This document shows, one piece after another, positions 27,875-40,823 of a stretch of DNA of 64,000 bases. Under the pieces are notes generated by a model, which saw only the letters and a program-made list of their open reading frames with translations, did not search any database and was not told where the DNA came from. The DNA is taken from assembly GCF_051105105.1 (NCBI RefSeq), contig NZ_CP185339.1; one strand, 5' to 3'. Position 1 is the stretch's first letter. The number at the start of each line of letters is the position of its first letter. This stretch comes from Nannocystis pusilla (GTDB lineage Bacteria > Myxococcota_A > Polyangia > Nannocystales > Nannocystaceae). The position numbers and the translations under genes are program-made.

Positions 27875-29582
27875 GTGTTCGGCTCGCTCCCGCCGCCGCC
27901 GCGGCGCTACTTGCCCGCGCGCGTGCGCCTCGATCGGCTCGCCGATCTGGAGGCCTGCTACGGCGAGCTCGGCGCGCGACCGCTGCCGGCCGACGATCCC
28001 TGGACCCTCGAGCAGTGGCTGCGCGACTGGTCCGAGCTCGAGAGCCACCTCGCCGAGGCCCAGGCGCGGCGACAAATCGCCACCAGCTGCAGCGCCGACG
28101 ACCCCGAGGCCGCGCGCGCCTGGCTCGTCCACGTCGACGTCCTCGGCCCGGCCTGCAAACCGCTGCGCCACGGTCTCGCGCGGCGGCTCGTCGAGCACCC
28201 GGCGGCGGCTCGCCTCTCGCCGGGCCACGCCTGCGCCCTCGCGGTGCTGCGCAACCAGGCCGACCTCCACCGCCCCGCCCTCGTCCCGCTCGAGGCCGCC
28301 GAGCAGCACCTGTGCGCCGCCTACGGCCAGCTGCGGGCTGGCATGCGCTTCCACTGGGACGGCGTCGACACCCCGCTGGCCCACGTCGAGCGCAGCGAGG
28401 ACGACCCTGACCGTTCGCGGCGCGAGGCCGCCTGGCGCACCGTCGCGGCCGAGTTCCGCGCGGTCAAGCCCGAGCTCGATCACCTGTTCGACCGCCTCCT
28501 CGACAACCGCCGGGCCCAGGCTGCCGCCGCCGAGCTGCCCGACTACCGCGCCTATCGCTTCCGCCGCCTCGACCGCCTCGCCTACGGCCCCGCGGACTGC
28601 CTCGCGCTGCACGAGGCCATCGCCGCCGAGTTCGTCCCGCTCGCCGGCCTGGTCCTCCGTCGCCGCGCCGCCGCGCTCGGCCTCGAACGTCCTGCGCCCG
28701 TGGGACCTCGGGGCCTTGCCCGGTGGCCCGCTCGTCCCGTTCACCCGCGAGGAAGAACTGATCGCCGGCTGCGCGCGCGCCTTCGAGGCCGTCGATCCCG
28801 AGTTCGCCCGCCAGTTCTCGCGCCTCGCCGAACATGGCCTTTTGGACCTGATGTCGCGGCCAGGCAAGGCCGCCGGCGCCTTTCAGGTCCACCTCCACGC
28901 CAGCGGCCTCCCGTTCGTGTTCGCCGGCGGCGTCGGCCGCCACGAGGACCTGCTCACCGTCTTGCACGAGGGCGGCCACGCCTTCCACGCCCTCGCCTGC
29001 GCCGCCGACCCGCTGATCTGGAACCGCCACCCGCCGATCGAGTTCTGCGAGGTCGCCGGCATGGGCATGGAGCTGCTCGCCGCCGCCCACCTGCGCGCCT
29101 TTTACGACGCCGACACCTGCGCCCGCGCAGCCCGCCACCAGCTCGAGCAGCTCGTCCTCTTCCTCCCCCACGCCGCGGCCATCGACGCCTTCCAGCACTG
29201 GGTCTACACCCGCCCCGACGAGGCCCGCGAGCGTGCGGCCCGCGACGCCGCCTGGCTCGCGCAGCACCGGCGGCTGTGCCAGGGCGTCGACTGGAGCGGC
29301 CTCGAGGCCGACCGCGCCGCCCTGTGGCAGCGCCGCCTCCACGTGTTCGAGCTGCCCTTCTACTACATCGAGTACGCGATCGCCGGCCTCGGCGCCGTCC
29401 AGCTCCACCGCCGCGCCCTCGCCGAGCCCGCCGCCGCCGTCGCCGACCTCCGCCGCGCCCTCGCCCTCGGCGCCCGCGCCCGCCTGCCCGACCTGTTCGC
29501 CGCCGCCGGCCTGCACTTCGGGACCGATCGCAGCGCCGTGCGCCGGGCCGCCGCCGCCTGCCGCGAGCTCCTCGACCTGTAA
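27875..29582 (+). CDS. pepF: Oligoendopeptidase F (peptidase M3B). Frame disrupted by +1 at 28685 (GAACGTC).
   Basis: Zinc-binding motif HEGGHAFH. The upstream frame ends ...AAEFVPLAGLVLRRRAAALGLE and the protein continues in the +1 frame as NVLRPWDLGALPGGPLVPFTREEEL. Confidence 0.8.
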
Positions 29583-29725
29583 CGTCACCTGTCCTTCCGG
29601 ACATTTTGCGGCGGCGCTGCGATGTCAGATGTCCCGAAGGACATCTCGCTACCGCCGAAGCCCTGCCGAAGCCTGCCGCGAGCGTGCAGCGCCGTCACAC
29701 GACATGTCCTTCGAGCCAGCTCGCG
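29583..29725. repeat. Long palindromic element cluster (CACCTGTCC, GGACATTTT, AGATGTCC, GGACATCTC, GACATGTCC)
   Basis: Lies in the convergent gap between the pepF stop and the lipoprotein stop. Confidence 0.65.
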
Positions 29726-29759
29726 GCAGCCGGCCGCCGCGAGCGCCTAGACCTTTGTC

Positions 29760-30995
29760 TCACTCGTACGCCGTCACGTACATGTGATAGGCCTCGAAGT
29801 CGACCGCACCGGACGCGAAGATCGTCCCCGCGTCGTCGATCGCCACGTCGACCTCCCACGAGTCGCTATCGCAGCGGTGCACCGCCACCTGCGATCCGGA
29901 CGGGTCGAGCCGGGCCACCATCCCGCGGAACGGCGGCTCGTTGCTGTACTCGCCGCCGACCGCGATCTCGCCGCTCGCGTTGACGGCGAGGTCGCCGAAG
30001 CCCCACATGTTCTCGACGAACGTGTCCCACAGCGGCGCCCCGTCGGCCGCGAACTTCCCGATCTTCACCGCCGATGACCCGATCTCGGCCCCGACCACCA
30101 CCGCGCCCGCCCCGTCGATCGCCGCCGTGCTGAGCACCGAGAGCTCCCACGGGCGCGTCCACAGCTCCTCGCCGGACGGGTCGAGCAGCCGCACGCCCAC
30201 GTTCCACACCAGCGCCACCATCGCGCCCGACGTCCCGATCGCCGCCACCTCGAGTTGATCCGCCACCTCGAGGTCCCACAGCAGCGTCCCGTCGGCCGCG
30301 TGCTTGACCATCCGGGTCCCGTCGCCGACGGCAGCGCGGTCGCTGTACACCGTCGTCCCGTCGGCCGCGATGGCGACGTCATAGCCCCACCAGTAGCCCT
30401 GATCGCTCGGTCCCAGGTCGCTCTCCCACAGCATCGTCCCCGCCGGGTCGAACTTGCGCAGCCACTTCCGCGGCGACACGCCGCCCTCGTCGCGGAACAT
30501 CGCGTAGCCGTTGCCCGCCGCGTCGATGTCCCAGTGGATCGCCCCCGACGGGATCGGCGTCGTCGCCACCAGCGTCCCTGCCGCATCGAACTCGCGCGTC
30601 AGACCGTCGCTGAACACCCGCGCCCGCCCGTCGGCCGCGAGCGACACCTTGCCCGCGCCGCTCTTCTCCGGGTCGACGAACAGCCACGCACCGCCCTCGC
30701 ACGCGAAGTCTTCCGGCGTCGACCCCGAGTCGGTGTCGTGCATGCCCGTCGTCGTCTCGGTCGTCGCGTCGCCCGGTCCGTCAGTCGTATCGTCCGGTCC
30801 GCCGGTCGTCTCCGCCGCGCTCGTCGTCCCTTCGCTGTCGCTCCCGCCGCCGCCGGTCGTCCCCTCGCTGTCGCTCCCGCCCGTGGTCGTCCCTGTGCTG
30901 ACGGTCCCGCCCGTGACCCCCGGGTCCTTCGGATCGCAACCTGTCACCACAGCCATGAACCCAAGGACATGTCCAATATACCATGTTCTAATCAT
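29760..30995 (-). CDS. Lipoprotein with a Gly/Thr-rich linker and a beta-propeller-like (PQQ-like) repeat domain
   Basis: Translation [20 protein letters not shown] has a VTGC lipobox. The body has repeated WD/YWWGYD-type blades. A GAGGAG ribosome-binding site and the first seven codons lie inside the palindromic element GGACATGTCC..TACCATGTTC. Confidence 0.7.
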   Translation of the reverse strand: MIRTWYIGHVLGFMAVVTGCDPKDPGVTGGTVSTGTTTGGSDSEGTTGGGGSDSEGTTSAAETTGGPDDTTDGPGDATTETTTGMHDTDSGSTPEDFACEGGAWLFVDPEKSGAGKVSLAADGRARVFSDGLTREFDAAGTLVATTPIPSGAIHWDIDAAGNGYAMFRDEGGVSPRKWLRKFDPAGTMLWESDLGPSDQGYWWGYDVAIAADGTTVYSDRAAVGDGTRMVKHAADGTLLWDLEVADQLEVAAIGTSGAMVALVWNVGVRLLDPSGEELWTRPWELSVLSTAAIDGAGAVVVGAEIGSSAVKIGKFAADGAPLWDTFVENMWGFGDLAVNASGEIAVGGEYSNEPPFRGMVARLDPSGSQVAVHRCDSDSWEVDVAIDDAGTIFASGAVDFEAYHMYVTAYE

Positions 30996-31526
30996 ATTTT
31001 TCTCCTCGCTCGCGGCCGCCGAGGCCGTCCGCAATTCGTCGTTCGTCGCCCCACGACGGCGCCCCGCCGCGCGGCACCGGCCCGGCGCCGCCCTCCGCCC
31101 ACGAGCGGCGCCCGCGCCTCGCCCCGAACACCTTCAGCCCGGTCCGACCTGAACCTGCCTCTTCGGTCAGCCTCGGCCTCGCGGCCCCCGCCGTCGTCGT
31201 CGCGCGCGCCTGCCTCCCCGGCAGCGAACTCCCGGCGACCATCTCCGCGCGGAGACTCGTCACCGTGAATCGCAGCCCGGAGCGACGCCGCATCTGTCGC
31301 TTCCGCAAGCAATTCCCGCACCTCACGATCCTCCCGAAAATCCCTAATCCTCTTGAAGACCGTCCGCGGGCGCGTAAGTCCCATCACGACCGCCGCGTCC
31401 GACCCGGCCGGCGCCGCGCCCGTCACGAGTCCGGAGGGTCATGTCTCCGAGGACAGCTCATGGGCGCCGCCGGCCCCGGTCCCCACCTCTTGCGCCGCTC
31501 GCCCGCGCTCGCGCATCCTTCGCCCC

Positions 31527-33341
31527 ATGTCGTCGTCCCGCGCCTCCTGGCTCCTCCTCGCCTCTTTGCTCGCCTGCCGGCCCGAGCAGTCCACGCAGGC
31601 CCCGACGAGCCAGCCCGCCGCCGACGACGCCTCGCGCTCCGCCTCGCAGGACCCGCCGCCGGTCGAACCGGAGCGCTTGCGCGGGCACCTCGCCTTCCTC
31701 GCCGACGACGCCCAGGAGGGCCGCCCGCCCGGCACCGCCGCCGACCAGCGGGTCGAGGAGCACATCGAGCAGGCCTTCCGCCAGCTCGGCCTCCAGCCTG
31801 GCTTTGGGGACAGCTTCCGTCAGGGCTTCGAGTTCACCGACGGCGTCGCCCTCCGCTCCGGCGAGCAGAGCGTCCTCCAGCTCGGCGGCAAGCCGATCGT
31901 GCACACCCTCGTCCCCTTCGCCGCCGCCTCGTCCGCCCCCGTCAACGCCAAGATCGTCTACGTCGGCCACGGCATCCCCGGCGACACCCCCGACAGCGGC
32001 GACTACGCCAAGCTTCTCGACAAGGTGAAGGGCGCCATCGTCGTCGCCCGCAGCGGCGCCCCGGCCGACCCTCACCTCGATCCGGCCAAGACCCGCGTGC
32101 AGTCGAAGGTCATCGCCGCCCGCGATCGCGGCGCCGTCGGCTTCATCCTGTGGGAGCCCGACGCCACCGTCCCGTACCCCAACCACGGCGAGGCCAACGA
32201 CCTCCAGCTGCCCGCGCTCGCCGTGTCCGCCGCCGGCACCCCCGACCTCCTCAAGGCCTTCGGCAAGAAGGGCCCCGTCACCGCCGACAACCCGCACGGC
32301 GGCCTGAGGCCCGGCGCCGTCGCCAAGGGCTCGCTGCACAGCCCCGTCCAGCGCGTCACCGCCACCACCGCCAACGTCGCCGGCCTGCTCAAAGGGACAG
32401 GTTCGAAGCGCATCGTCCTCGGCGCGCACATGGACCACCTCGGCCGCGGCAGCAGCTCCTCGCTCGCGCCCGGCGTCGACGCCATCCACAACGGCGCCGA
32501 CGACAACGCCTCCGGCGTCGCGGCCCTGCTCGGCGTCGCCGCGGCGCTCGCCCGCCTCCCGCCCGAGGCGCGCCCCTTCGACCTCCAGTTCGTCGCCTTC
32601 GCCGCCGAGGAGATGGGCCTTCTGGGCAGCAAGCGGGTCGTCGAGTCGCTCTCGCCCGAGGCGCGCAAGGACATCGTCGCCATGCTCAACTTCGACATGG
32701 TCGGGCGGGTGCGCGACAACACCGTCGTCGTCGTCGGCACCGGCACCAGCAGCGCCTGGCCGGGCCTGCTCGATCGGGCCAAGGTCGACCCGCGGGGCGC
32801 CGCGCGGACGCTCGTGATCAAGCCGAGCGAGGACGGCTTCGGCGCCTCCGACCAGGCCAGCTACTACGCCGCCGACATCCCGGTCCTCCACTTCTTCAGC
32901 GGCGCCCACGACGACTACCACCGGCCGACCGACGACTTCGACAAGATCAACCTCGACGGCGCCGTTGCGATCGCCGACCTCAGCGTCCGCCTGGTCGCCT
33001 TGATGCTGCGCGAGCAGCCCGTCCTCGACTTCAAGAAGATCGCGGCCGCGGCCCCGCGCGGCGGCGGCTTCCGCGTCTCGCTCGGAACCGTCCCCGACTA
33101 CGCCGCCAGCGTCGACGGCATGAAGCTGACGGGCGTCCGCCCGCAGAGCCCCGCCGAGGCCGCCGGGCTCAAGGCCGGCGACATCATCGTCAAGATCGGC
33201 AAGCGCGAGATCCACAACATCGACGACTACATGGCCTGCTTCGGCGAGCTGCAGCCGGGCGTCGCCGTCCCGGTGGTCGTCGATCGCGAGGGGGCGAAGG
33301 TCGAGCTGACCATCACGCCGGCGGCTCCCACGCGTCGCTAG
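31527..33341 (+). CDS. M28 family aminopeptidase with a PA domain and a C-terminal PDZ domain
   Basis: Signal peptide [18 protein letters not shown]28 metal ligands appear as [19 protein letters not shown] and [12 protein letters not shown] domain forms the C-terminus. Confidence 0.85.
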   Translation: MSSSRASWLLLASLLACRPEQSTQAPTSQPAADDASRSASQDPPPVEPERLRGHLAFLADDAQEGRPPGTAADQRVEEHIEQAFRQLGLQPGFGDSFRQGFEFTDGVALRSGEQSVLQLGGKPIVHTLVPFAAASSAPVNAKIVYVGHGIPGDTPDSGDYAKLLDKVKGAIVVARSGAPADPHLDPAKTRVQSKVIAARDRGAVGFILWEPDATVPYPNHGEANDLQLPALAVSAAGTPDLLKAFGKKGPVTADNPHGGLRPGAVAKGSLHSPVQRVTATTANVAGLLKGTGSKRIVLGAHMDHLGRGSSSSLAPGVDAIHNGADDNASGVAALLGVAAALARLPPEARPFDLQFVAFAAEEMGLLGSKRVVESLSPEARKDIVAMLNFDMVGRVRDNTVVVVGTGTSSAWPGLLDRAKVDPRGAARTLVIKPSEDGFGASDQASYYAADIPVLHFFSGAHDDYHRPTDDFDKINLDGAVAIADLSVRLVALMLREQPVLDFKKIAAAAPRGGGFRVSLGTVPDYAASVDGMKLTGVRPQSPAEAAGLKAGDIIVKIGKREIHNIDDYMACFGELQPGVAVPVVVDREGAKVELTITPAAPTRR

Positions 33342-33520
33342 CCGCCGGGTCCGATTCGGCGTCGGTCGTCCGTCCGGAACCGGCGCGATCGTCGCACCTT
33401 TGGCGGAGATTCGCGGTGGAGCGCGAGATCAGCGTCCATCGGCCGCTCCGGCGCCGTTGCTCCGATGCCTCCGCGGCTGGTATATGCAGCGCGGACCTCC
33501 TAGGGGGAAAGATCTCGCAC

Positions 33521-34485
33521 ATGTCACGTCGCAACAAGATCACGATCGTGGGAGCCGGCAACGTCGGGGCGACGGCCGCGCACTGGGCCGCCCAGAAGCA
33601 CCTCGGCGACATCGTCCTCGTCGACATCGCCCAGGGCGTACCGCAGGGCAAGGCGCTCGACCTCGCCGAGGCCGCGCCGGTCATGGGCTTCGACCTCAAG
33701 ATCGTCGGCAGCAACGGCTACGACGAGACGGCCGACAGCGATGTCGTCGTGATCACCGCCGGCGTGCCGCGCAAGAAGGACCCGGTCACCGGCAAGTTCA
33801 CCAGCCGCGACGAGCTCGTCGAGATCAACCGCAAGATCGTCGGCGGCGTCACCCGCGAGGTCGCCAGCCGCTCGCCGAACGCGGTGCTGATCTGCGTCAG
33901 TAACCCGCTCGACGCCATGTGCCACGTCATGTACGCCGAGTCGGGCTTCCCCAAGGAGCGCGTGATCGGCATGGCCGGCGTGCTCGACACGGCGCGCTAC
34001 AAGTACTTCATCTCCGAGGCGCTGAACGTCAGCGTCGACGACATCCACGGCATGGTCCTCGGCGGCCACGGCGACACCATGGTCCCGCTGCCGAGCCACA
34101 CCTCGGTGGCCGGCATCCCGCTGACCGAGCTGCTGCCGCAGGACAAGATCGACGCCATCATCCAGCGCACCCGCGGCGGCGGCGGCGAGATTGTCGGCAT
34201 GCTCGGCTACTCCGGCTACTACGCGCCGGCGGCGGCCTCGGTGGCGATGGTCGAGTCGATCGTCCGCGACCGCAAGCGCGTGCTCCCGTGCGCCGCGCTG
34301 CTGTCGGGCGAGTACGGCTACAGCGACCTCTTCATCGGCGTCCCGTGCGTGCTCGGCAAGGGCGGCGTCGAGAAGGTCATCGAGATGAAGCTCGGCGACA
34401 AGGAGAAGGGCATGCTCAAGGTCTCGGCCAACGCCGTGCGCGAGCTGGTGGCCCTCCTGCCCTACGGGAAAGGCCAGGCGACCTG

Positions 34486-34486
<1 letters not shown>
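33521..34486 (+). CDS. mdh: Malate dehydrogenase (LDH-like MDH)
   Basis: Translation [22 protein letters not shown], then [30 protein letters not shown], then catalytic MVLGGHGD. Confidence 0.9.
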
Positions 34487-35681
<1,195 letters not shown>

Positions 35682-35685
<4 letters not shown>

Positions 35686-36578
35686 GCGTCCTCGTCGACA
35701 AGAACACCCGCCTCATCGTCCAGGGCATCACCGGCAAGGTCGGCCTCTTCCACGCCGAGCAGTCGCTCGCCTACGGCACCCAGGTCGTCGGCGGCGTCAC
35801 GCCCGGCAAGGGCGGCGAGACCGTGCTCAACGGCCGCGTCCCGGTGTTCCACACCGTGCGCGACGCCGTCGAGAAGACCGGCGCCAACGCCAGCGTCATC
35901 TTCGTGCCGCCGCCGTTCGCCGCCGACGCGATCATGGAGGCCGCGGACGCCGGCGTGCCGCTGATCGTCTGCATCACCGAGGGCATCCCGGTGGCCGACA
36001 TGGTCAAGGCCAAGCGGTTCCTGCAGGACAAGCCCGGCTCGCGCCTGCTCGGCCCCAACTGCCCCGGCATCATCACGCCGAAGCAGTGCCGGATCGGCAT
36101 CATGCCCGGCTACATCCACACCCCGGGCCGCGTCGGCGTCGTCTCGCGCTCCGGCACCCTCACCTACGAGGCCGTGCATCAGCTGACCACGCTCGGCCTC
36201 GGCCAGAGCACCGCCATCGGCATCGGCGGTGATCCGGTCAACGGCACCAACTTCGTCGACTGCCTCAAGTTGTTCCAGGACGACCCGGAGACCGAGGGCA
36301 TCATCATGATCGGCGAGATCGGGGGCTCGGCCGAAGAGGACGGCGCGGCCTTCATTCGCGAGCACGTCACCAAGCCCGTGGTCGGCTTCATCGCCGGCGT
36401 CACCGCCCCGCCGGGCAAGCGCATGGGCCACGCGGGCGCCATCATCTCGGGCGGCAAGGGCACCGCCGACGCCAAGCTGGCCGCGCTGCGCGAGGCCGGC
36501 GTGACGATCGCCGACACGCCCTCCGACCTCGGCTCGACCATGGCCCGCGTGCTCGGGGCCAAGAAGACCAGCGCGTAA
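35682..36578 (+). CDS. sucD: Succinyl-CoA synthetase alpha subunit
   Basis: Translation [19 protein letters not shown], then [14 protein letters not shown]. Overlaps the sucC stop as ATGA. Confidence 0.9.
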
Positions 36579-36732
36579 GCATCGACACCGTGCGCGCGCG
36601 GGCCCGCGATGTCCTGGCGACATCCGGGCCTTTCGTGTTTGTTCGGCGCGGAGTTGCGCTCGATCGACGTTCGCGTCGACGCGCGCGGCAAACACGCTTG
36701 CAAACGCGCAGTGGCCGGCCTAACGTTCGGAT

Positions 36733-37830
36733 ATGCGCAGATTGGGATGGATGCTGGCGCTCGCGGCCTGCACACCGACGCCGAACATGACGAGCACTGG
36801 GTCGCCGACCTCGACGACCGGCTCGACCACCGAGGACGAGGACACCGGCATCCAGACCGTCACCGGCCATCCGACCACCGTCGACACCGACGGCACCGCG
36901 ACCACCAATCCCACCGACACCGGCGTCACCTCGCAAGGTCCCACCAGCGAGCCGACCACCTCCACCACCGAGCCCGTCGGCGAGTGCGGCAACGGCGTCG
37001 AGGAGGGCGACGAGCTGTGCGACGACGGCAACGCCGACGACCTCGACGGCTGCACCTCGAAGTGCCGGCCGCCCGAGTGCGGCGACGGCATCATGCACGA
37101 GGGCGAGGACTGCGACGACGGCAACCAGGACAGCACCGACGACTGCACCGCCGAGTGTCTGTTCCCGGTGTGCGGCGACGGCTGGGCCCAGCCCGGCGAA
37201 GAGTGCGACGACGGCAACACCAAGGACGACGACGCCTGCCTCGAGGGTTGTGTCGCCGCCGCCTGCGGCGACGGCCTGATCTGGGGCGGCGTCGAGGCCT
37301 GCGACGACGGCTTCAACGACAACAGCTACAACGGCTGCGCGCCCGGCTGCGGCAAGCTCGGCCCGCACTGCGGCGACGGCATCGTCGACAAGGTCGACAT
37401 CAACCAGCCCAAGGGCTTCGAGTACTGCGACGACAAGGATCCGTACGCCGGCGTCGGCTGCACCGAGGACTGCATCTACGACTTCTCGTCGGTCCCGCAG
37501 CTGTACTGCGCCGGCACCTGCTCGTGGGGCGGCGCGTCGGGCTGCGATCAGGCCGACGCCGACGTGTTCTGCAAGCTGCGCACCGGCGACCCCGCCGCCA
37601 AGGCCACCGCCTTCACGCTCGGCATGCCGCTCGAGGCCGGCGGCTTCCCGTGTTCGAACATCGGCGTCCCCATCGAGCTCGGCGGCGAGGACCCGCGCAT
37701 CTCGCTCGGCCCGCTGCCCGACTTCAACATCGCCAAGACCGTTTATTATCAGGTCGCGCAGATCAAGACCTCGCACGGCGGCAACGCCAGCTCGACCATC
37801 ATCGGCGCCACGCTGAAGTGCTCGCCCTAG
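36733..37830 (+). CDS. Lipoprotein with Myxococcus cysteine-rich (CGDG...CDDGN) repeats
   Basis: Translation MRRLGWMLALAAC has a LAAC lipobox. At least five repeats of the form CGDG(x)nEECDDGN follow. Confidence 0.75.
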   Translation: MRRLGWMLALAACTPTPNMTSTGSPTSTTGSTTEDEDTGIQTVTGHPTTVDTDGTATTNPTDTGVTSQGPTSEPTTSTTEPVGECGNGVEEGDELCDDGNADDLDGCTSKCRPPECGDGIMHEGEDCDDGNQDSTDDCTAECLFPVCGDGWAQPGEECDDGNTKDDDACLEGCVAAACGDGLIWGGVEACDDGFNDNSYNGCAPGCGKLGPHCGDGIVDKVDINQPKGFEYCDDKDPYAGVGCTEDCIYDFSSVPQLYCAGTCSWGGASGCDQADADVFCKLRTGDPAAKATAFTLGMPLEAGGFPCSNIGVPIELGGEDPRISLGPLPDFNIAKTVYYQVAQIKTSHGGNASSTIIGATLKCSP

Positions 37831-38134
37831 CGGCGCCCACCGGCTGCTTCGCGTCGTCCTCGCGCCGGCGCCCGGGCGCGCGAGGGCATGCGAGCGCCGC
37901 TCGAAATGCCGCGGCCTGGGCAGTGGTAAAGCCCCGGCGCGCGGTCCGGACCCCAGCGTCCTGAGCCGCGCAGAACCTCGCTCGCCGCGGCTTCTCGCGT
38001 GCGACTTGCTTCAGGACCCGCGCCGCCTGAGACTTCTTCGAGCCGGATGGGACCGTTCCGCCTCGAGACTTCTCACCAGCCGCAACGTCCGGGACCGCCT
38101 CGAACGTCTCGAGCTACCGTTCAATCAATACGGG

Positions 38135-38968
38135 ATGGATCCGTTCGGGATCTCCAAGAAGCACCTCGGCGTCTTCTATTCGATGCTCGAGGTCTTCTAC
38201 AAAAATTACTTCCGGGTGAAGTGTTTCGGCATCGACAACGTGCCGGAGCGCGGCAGCGCGATGCTCGTCGGCAACCACTCCGGCGGTCTACCGGTCGACG
38301 GCGGCATGGTGCTCGCCTCGCTGTTCTTCGCCCGCGACCTCCCGCGCCACGCCACCGGCATGGTCGAGAAGTTCGCCGGCAACTGGCCCTTCGTCTCGGA
38401 GTGGTTCTCGCGCGTCGGTCAGCTCCCCGGCCTGCCCGAGCACGCCTTGCGGCTGCTGCAGGACGGCCGCCTGCTGATGATCTTCCCCGAGGGCGCGCGC
38501 GGCACCGGCAAGCTCTTCAAGGATCGCTACCGCCTCGTCCAGTTCGGCACCGGCTTCATGCGGATCGCCCTGCAGACCGGCGCGCCGATCGTCCCCTTCG
38601 CCTTCATCGGCGGCGAGGAGGCCCTCCCCACCATCTACCACGCCAAGACGCTGGCCAAGATCGTCGGCGCGCCCTACTGGCCGGTCCCTCCGTACCTCGT
38701 CCCGTTCCCGCTGCCGCTCGGCTGCGAGATCCACTACGGCAAGCCGATGCACTTCCCCGGCACCGGCCGCGAGCCCGACGAGGTCATCGAGGGCTACGTC
38801 GAGCAGGTCAAGAGCGTCGTCGAGCTGCTGGTCCTCCGCGGCTGCGCGCTCCACCGCCAGCGCGCCGACGGAACTTTCGCACAGGAACCCGAGGACAGCT
38901 CGTCCGGCTCGTCCTCCCCCGCGCCCTCCTCGACCTCCGGCTCGACCGACTCCGACTCCGAACCATGA
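38135..38968 (+). CDS. Lysophospholipid (1-acyl-glycerol-3-phosphate-type) acyltransferase
   Basis: Acyltransferase motifs NHSGGLPVDG and FPEGARG. The start is placed at MDPFG because upstream codons have low GC3. Confidence 0.7.
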   Translation: MDPFGISKKHLGVFYSMLEVFYKNYFRVKCFGIDNVPERGSAMLVGNHSGGLPVDGGMVLASLFFARDLPRHATGMVEKFAGNWPFVSEWFSRVGQLPGLPEHALRLLQDGRLLMIFPEGARGTGKLFKDRYRLVQFGTGFMRIALQTGAPIVPFAFIGGEEALPTIYHAKTLAKIVGAPYWPVPPYLVPFPLPLGCEIHYGKPMHFPGTGREPDEVIEGYVEQVKSVVELLVLRGCALHRQRADGTFAQEPEDSSSGSSSPAPSSTSGSTDSDSEP

Positions 38969-39876
38969 AGATCCTGATCACCGGCATCAACGGCGCCCAC
39001 GCGCGCATGGTCGCCCTGCGCCTGCGCGCCCGCGGCGACGAGATCCTCGGCATCGACCGCCGCCCCTGGCCCGACGCGCCCGAGGGCGTGCACGTGTTCC
39101 AGACCGACGTGCGCAAGCGGCCGGCCGCCGACGTGTTCCGCCAGCACCGGCCCAACGTCGTCATCCACATGGCGACGATCACCCACTTCACCGCCAGCGC
39201 CGAGGAGCGGCTGCGCATCAACCTCCACGGCACGCGCCTCGTGTTCGAGTACTGCCACGAGTTCGGCGTCAAGCAGGCCGTGTTCGTCGGCCGCCACACG
39301 ATCTACGGCGCCGCCCCCGACGCGCCGCTGTACCGCACCGAGGAGGAGCCGCCGCTGGCCGTCTCGACCTTCCCCGAGCTGGCCGACCTCGTCGCCGCCG
39401 ACCTGTTCGCCGCCGCCGCGCTGTGGCGCTGGCCCGGGCTCAAGACCGCCGTCCTGCGCATGGTCTACATGCTCGGCCCGACCCACCGCGGCACCCTCGC
39501 CAGCTTCCTCGCCGGCCCGCGCGTGCCGATGATCCTCGGCTTCGACCCGCTCTACCACTTCATGCACGACGAGGACGGCGTCGAGGCGATCGTGCGCGCC
39601 GTCGATCACCAGCTGAGCGGGATCTACAACGTCGCCGGTCCGCCGCCCGTCCCGCTGTCGACGCTGGCCCGCGGCACCGGTCGCCAGCCGATCCCGATCC
39701 CCGAGCCGCTCTTCAAGTACAGCGCCGGCCGCTTCGGCCTGCCCTACCTGCCGCCCGGCGCCGTCGCCCACATCAAGCACCCGATCGTCGTCGACGCCAC
39801 CGCCTTCCGCCGCGCCACCAACTTCGAGCACAAGCACGACGCCCACGCCGTCATGGTCAGCTTCCGCGAGTCCTGA
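38965..39876 (+). CDS. NAD-dependent epimerase/dehydratase family protein
   Basis: Translation MKILITGINGAHARMVALRL. Overlaps the acyltransferase stop as ATGA. Confidence 0.8.
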   Translation: MKILITGINGAHARMVALRLRARGDEILGIDRRPWPDAPEGVHVFQTDVRKRPAADVFRQHRPNVVIHMATITHFTASAEERLRINLHGTRLVFEYCHEFGVKQAVFVGRHTIYGAAPDAPLYRTEEEPPLAVSTFPELADLVAADLFAAAALWRWPGLKTAVLRMVYMLGPTHRGTLASFLAGPRVPMILGFDPLYHFMHDEDGVEAIVRAVDHQLSGIYNVAGPPPVPLSTLARGTGRQPIPIPEPLFKYSAGRFGLPYLPPGAVAHIKHPIVVDATAFRRATNFEHKHDAHAVMVSFRES

Positions 39877-39925
39877 AGGACATGTCGCGGAGGCCATGTC
39901 GTGACAGACATGTCCCTCAGGACCC
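39877..39925. repeat. Palindromic decamer array (GGACATGTCG, GGCCATGTCG, AGACATGTCC, GGACCC)
   Basis: Starts immediately after the epimerase stop. Period is 14 nt. Confidence 0.75.
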
Positions 39926-40652
39926 GCGGTACGTCCCCGGCCGGTAGCGCAGCAGCGCCACCTCGAACGCCTCGAAGTGCTCGGCCAGCAGCTCGACCCG
40001 GCGCACCAACGCCGCCAGCTCGACCGGCGCGAGCCGCGGACCCCGTCCCGCCGCGCGCTTGGCCGGCAGCGCGGGGCTGTCCCCGGGGCTGTCCGCCGGG
40101 CCGGCGTCGAGCGCCTCGCCGAGCAGCACCGCCTCGAACGTCGTGGGTCGAGATCCCGACGTGGGCGACAAGCTCGCGCTCCTCGGGCCCGAGCTCGCGG
40201 ACGCTGCGGATCCAGCTCCACACCCAGGCGTCGATCGCCGCGTCGGCCGGGTCGGCGGCCTCGACCGCGAGCCGCAGCGCGCGTGTCTCTCGGGCCAGCT
40301 CGGCCACGCGGGGCGGCAGGTGCTCGAGGGCCAGCGCCGCGTCCGCGCCCGCCAGCGCTTGCCGCTCCATCAACGGCAGCGGGCGAGCGAGCACCCCCGA
40401 GAACGACGCGAACGCGATCGTCCCCAGCGTGCTCGCGAAAAACACCAGCTCGAGCGGGTCAAACACCCCACGGATGAGCGCGGTGACGATGACGGCGATC
40501 GTCGACACGGCCGCCCAGATCGCCAGGATCTTGGCTCGCCGGCGGCGCTCGAGGCGACGCGTCTCGATCGCCGCGGCGAGCCGCTGGTGACGAGCCGTGC
40601 GCGTCTGCGCACGAATGGTTATCGCCGCCCCGTCGCCTCGATCACCTGGCAC
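39917..40652 (-). CDS. Hypothetical membrane protein (2 TM plus C-terminal domain). Frame disrupted by +1 at 40136-40142 (coding-strand GACGTTC).
   Basis: The N-terminal frame ends ...GISTHDV and the C-terminus continues in the +1 frame as ...FEAVLLGEALDAGPADSPGD. Removing one base at plus-strand GAACGTC rejoins them as ISTHDVEAVLLGE. The start is uncertain. Confidence 0.5.
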
Positions 40653-40823
40653 CGACCGCAGCGTAGATCACACTCGCGTCGGCGGCAGTGCCTTGGGTGC
40701 CTTCACCCCCGGGAGTTTCTCCGAGCAACCCCGAACTTCCGTGCTTGCCGCAAGACACGTTAGAATCACCGCGCGCGCCCCGGTCTACGGAGCGTGCCCC
40801 TTCCCTCGCTCGCAGGAGTCTCC

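Noticed and set aside
38092-38098. Fifth plus-strand GAACGTC copy, upstream of the acyltransferase
   Set aside because: The surrounding codons have poor GC3 in every frame, so the region is probably non-coding. It cannot be shown to cause a frameshift; it is counted only as a motif occurrence.
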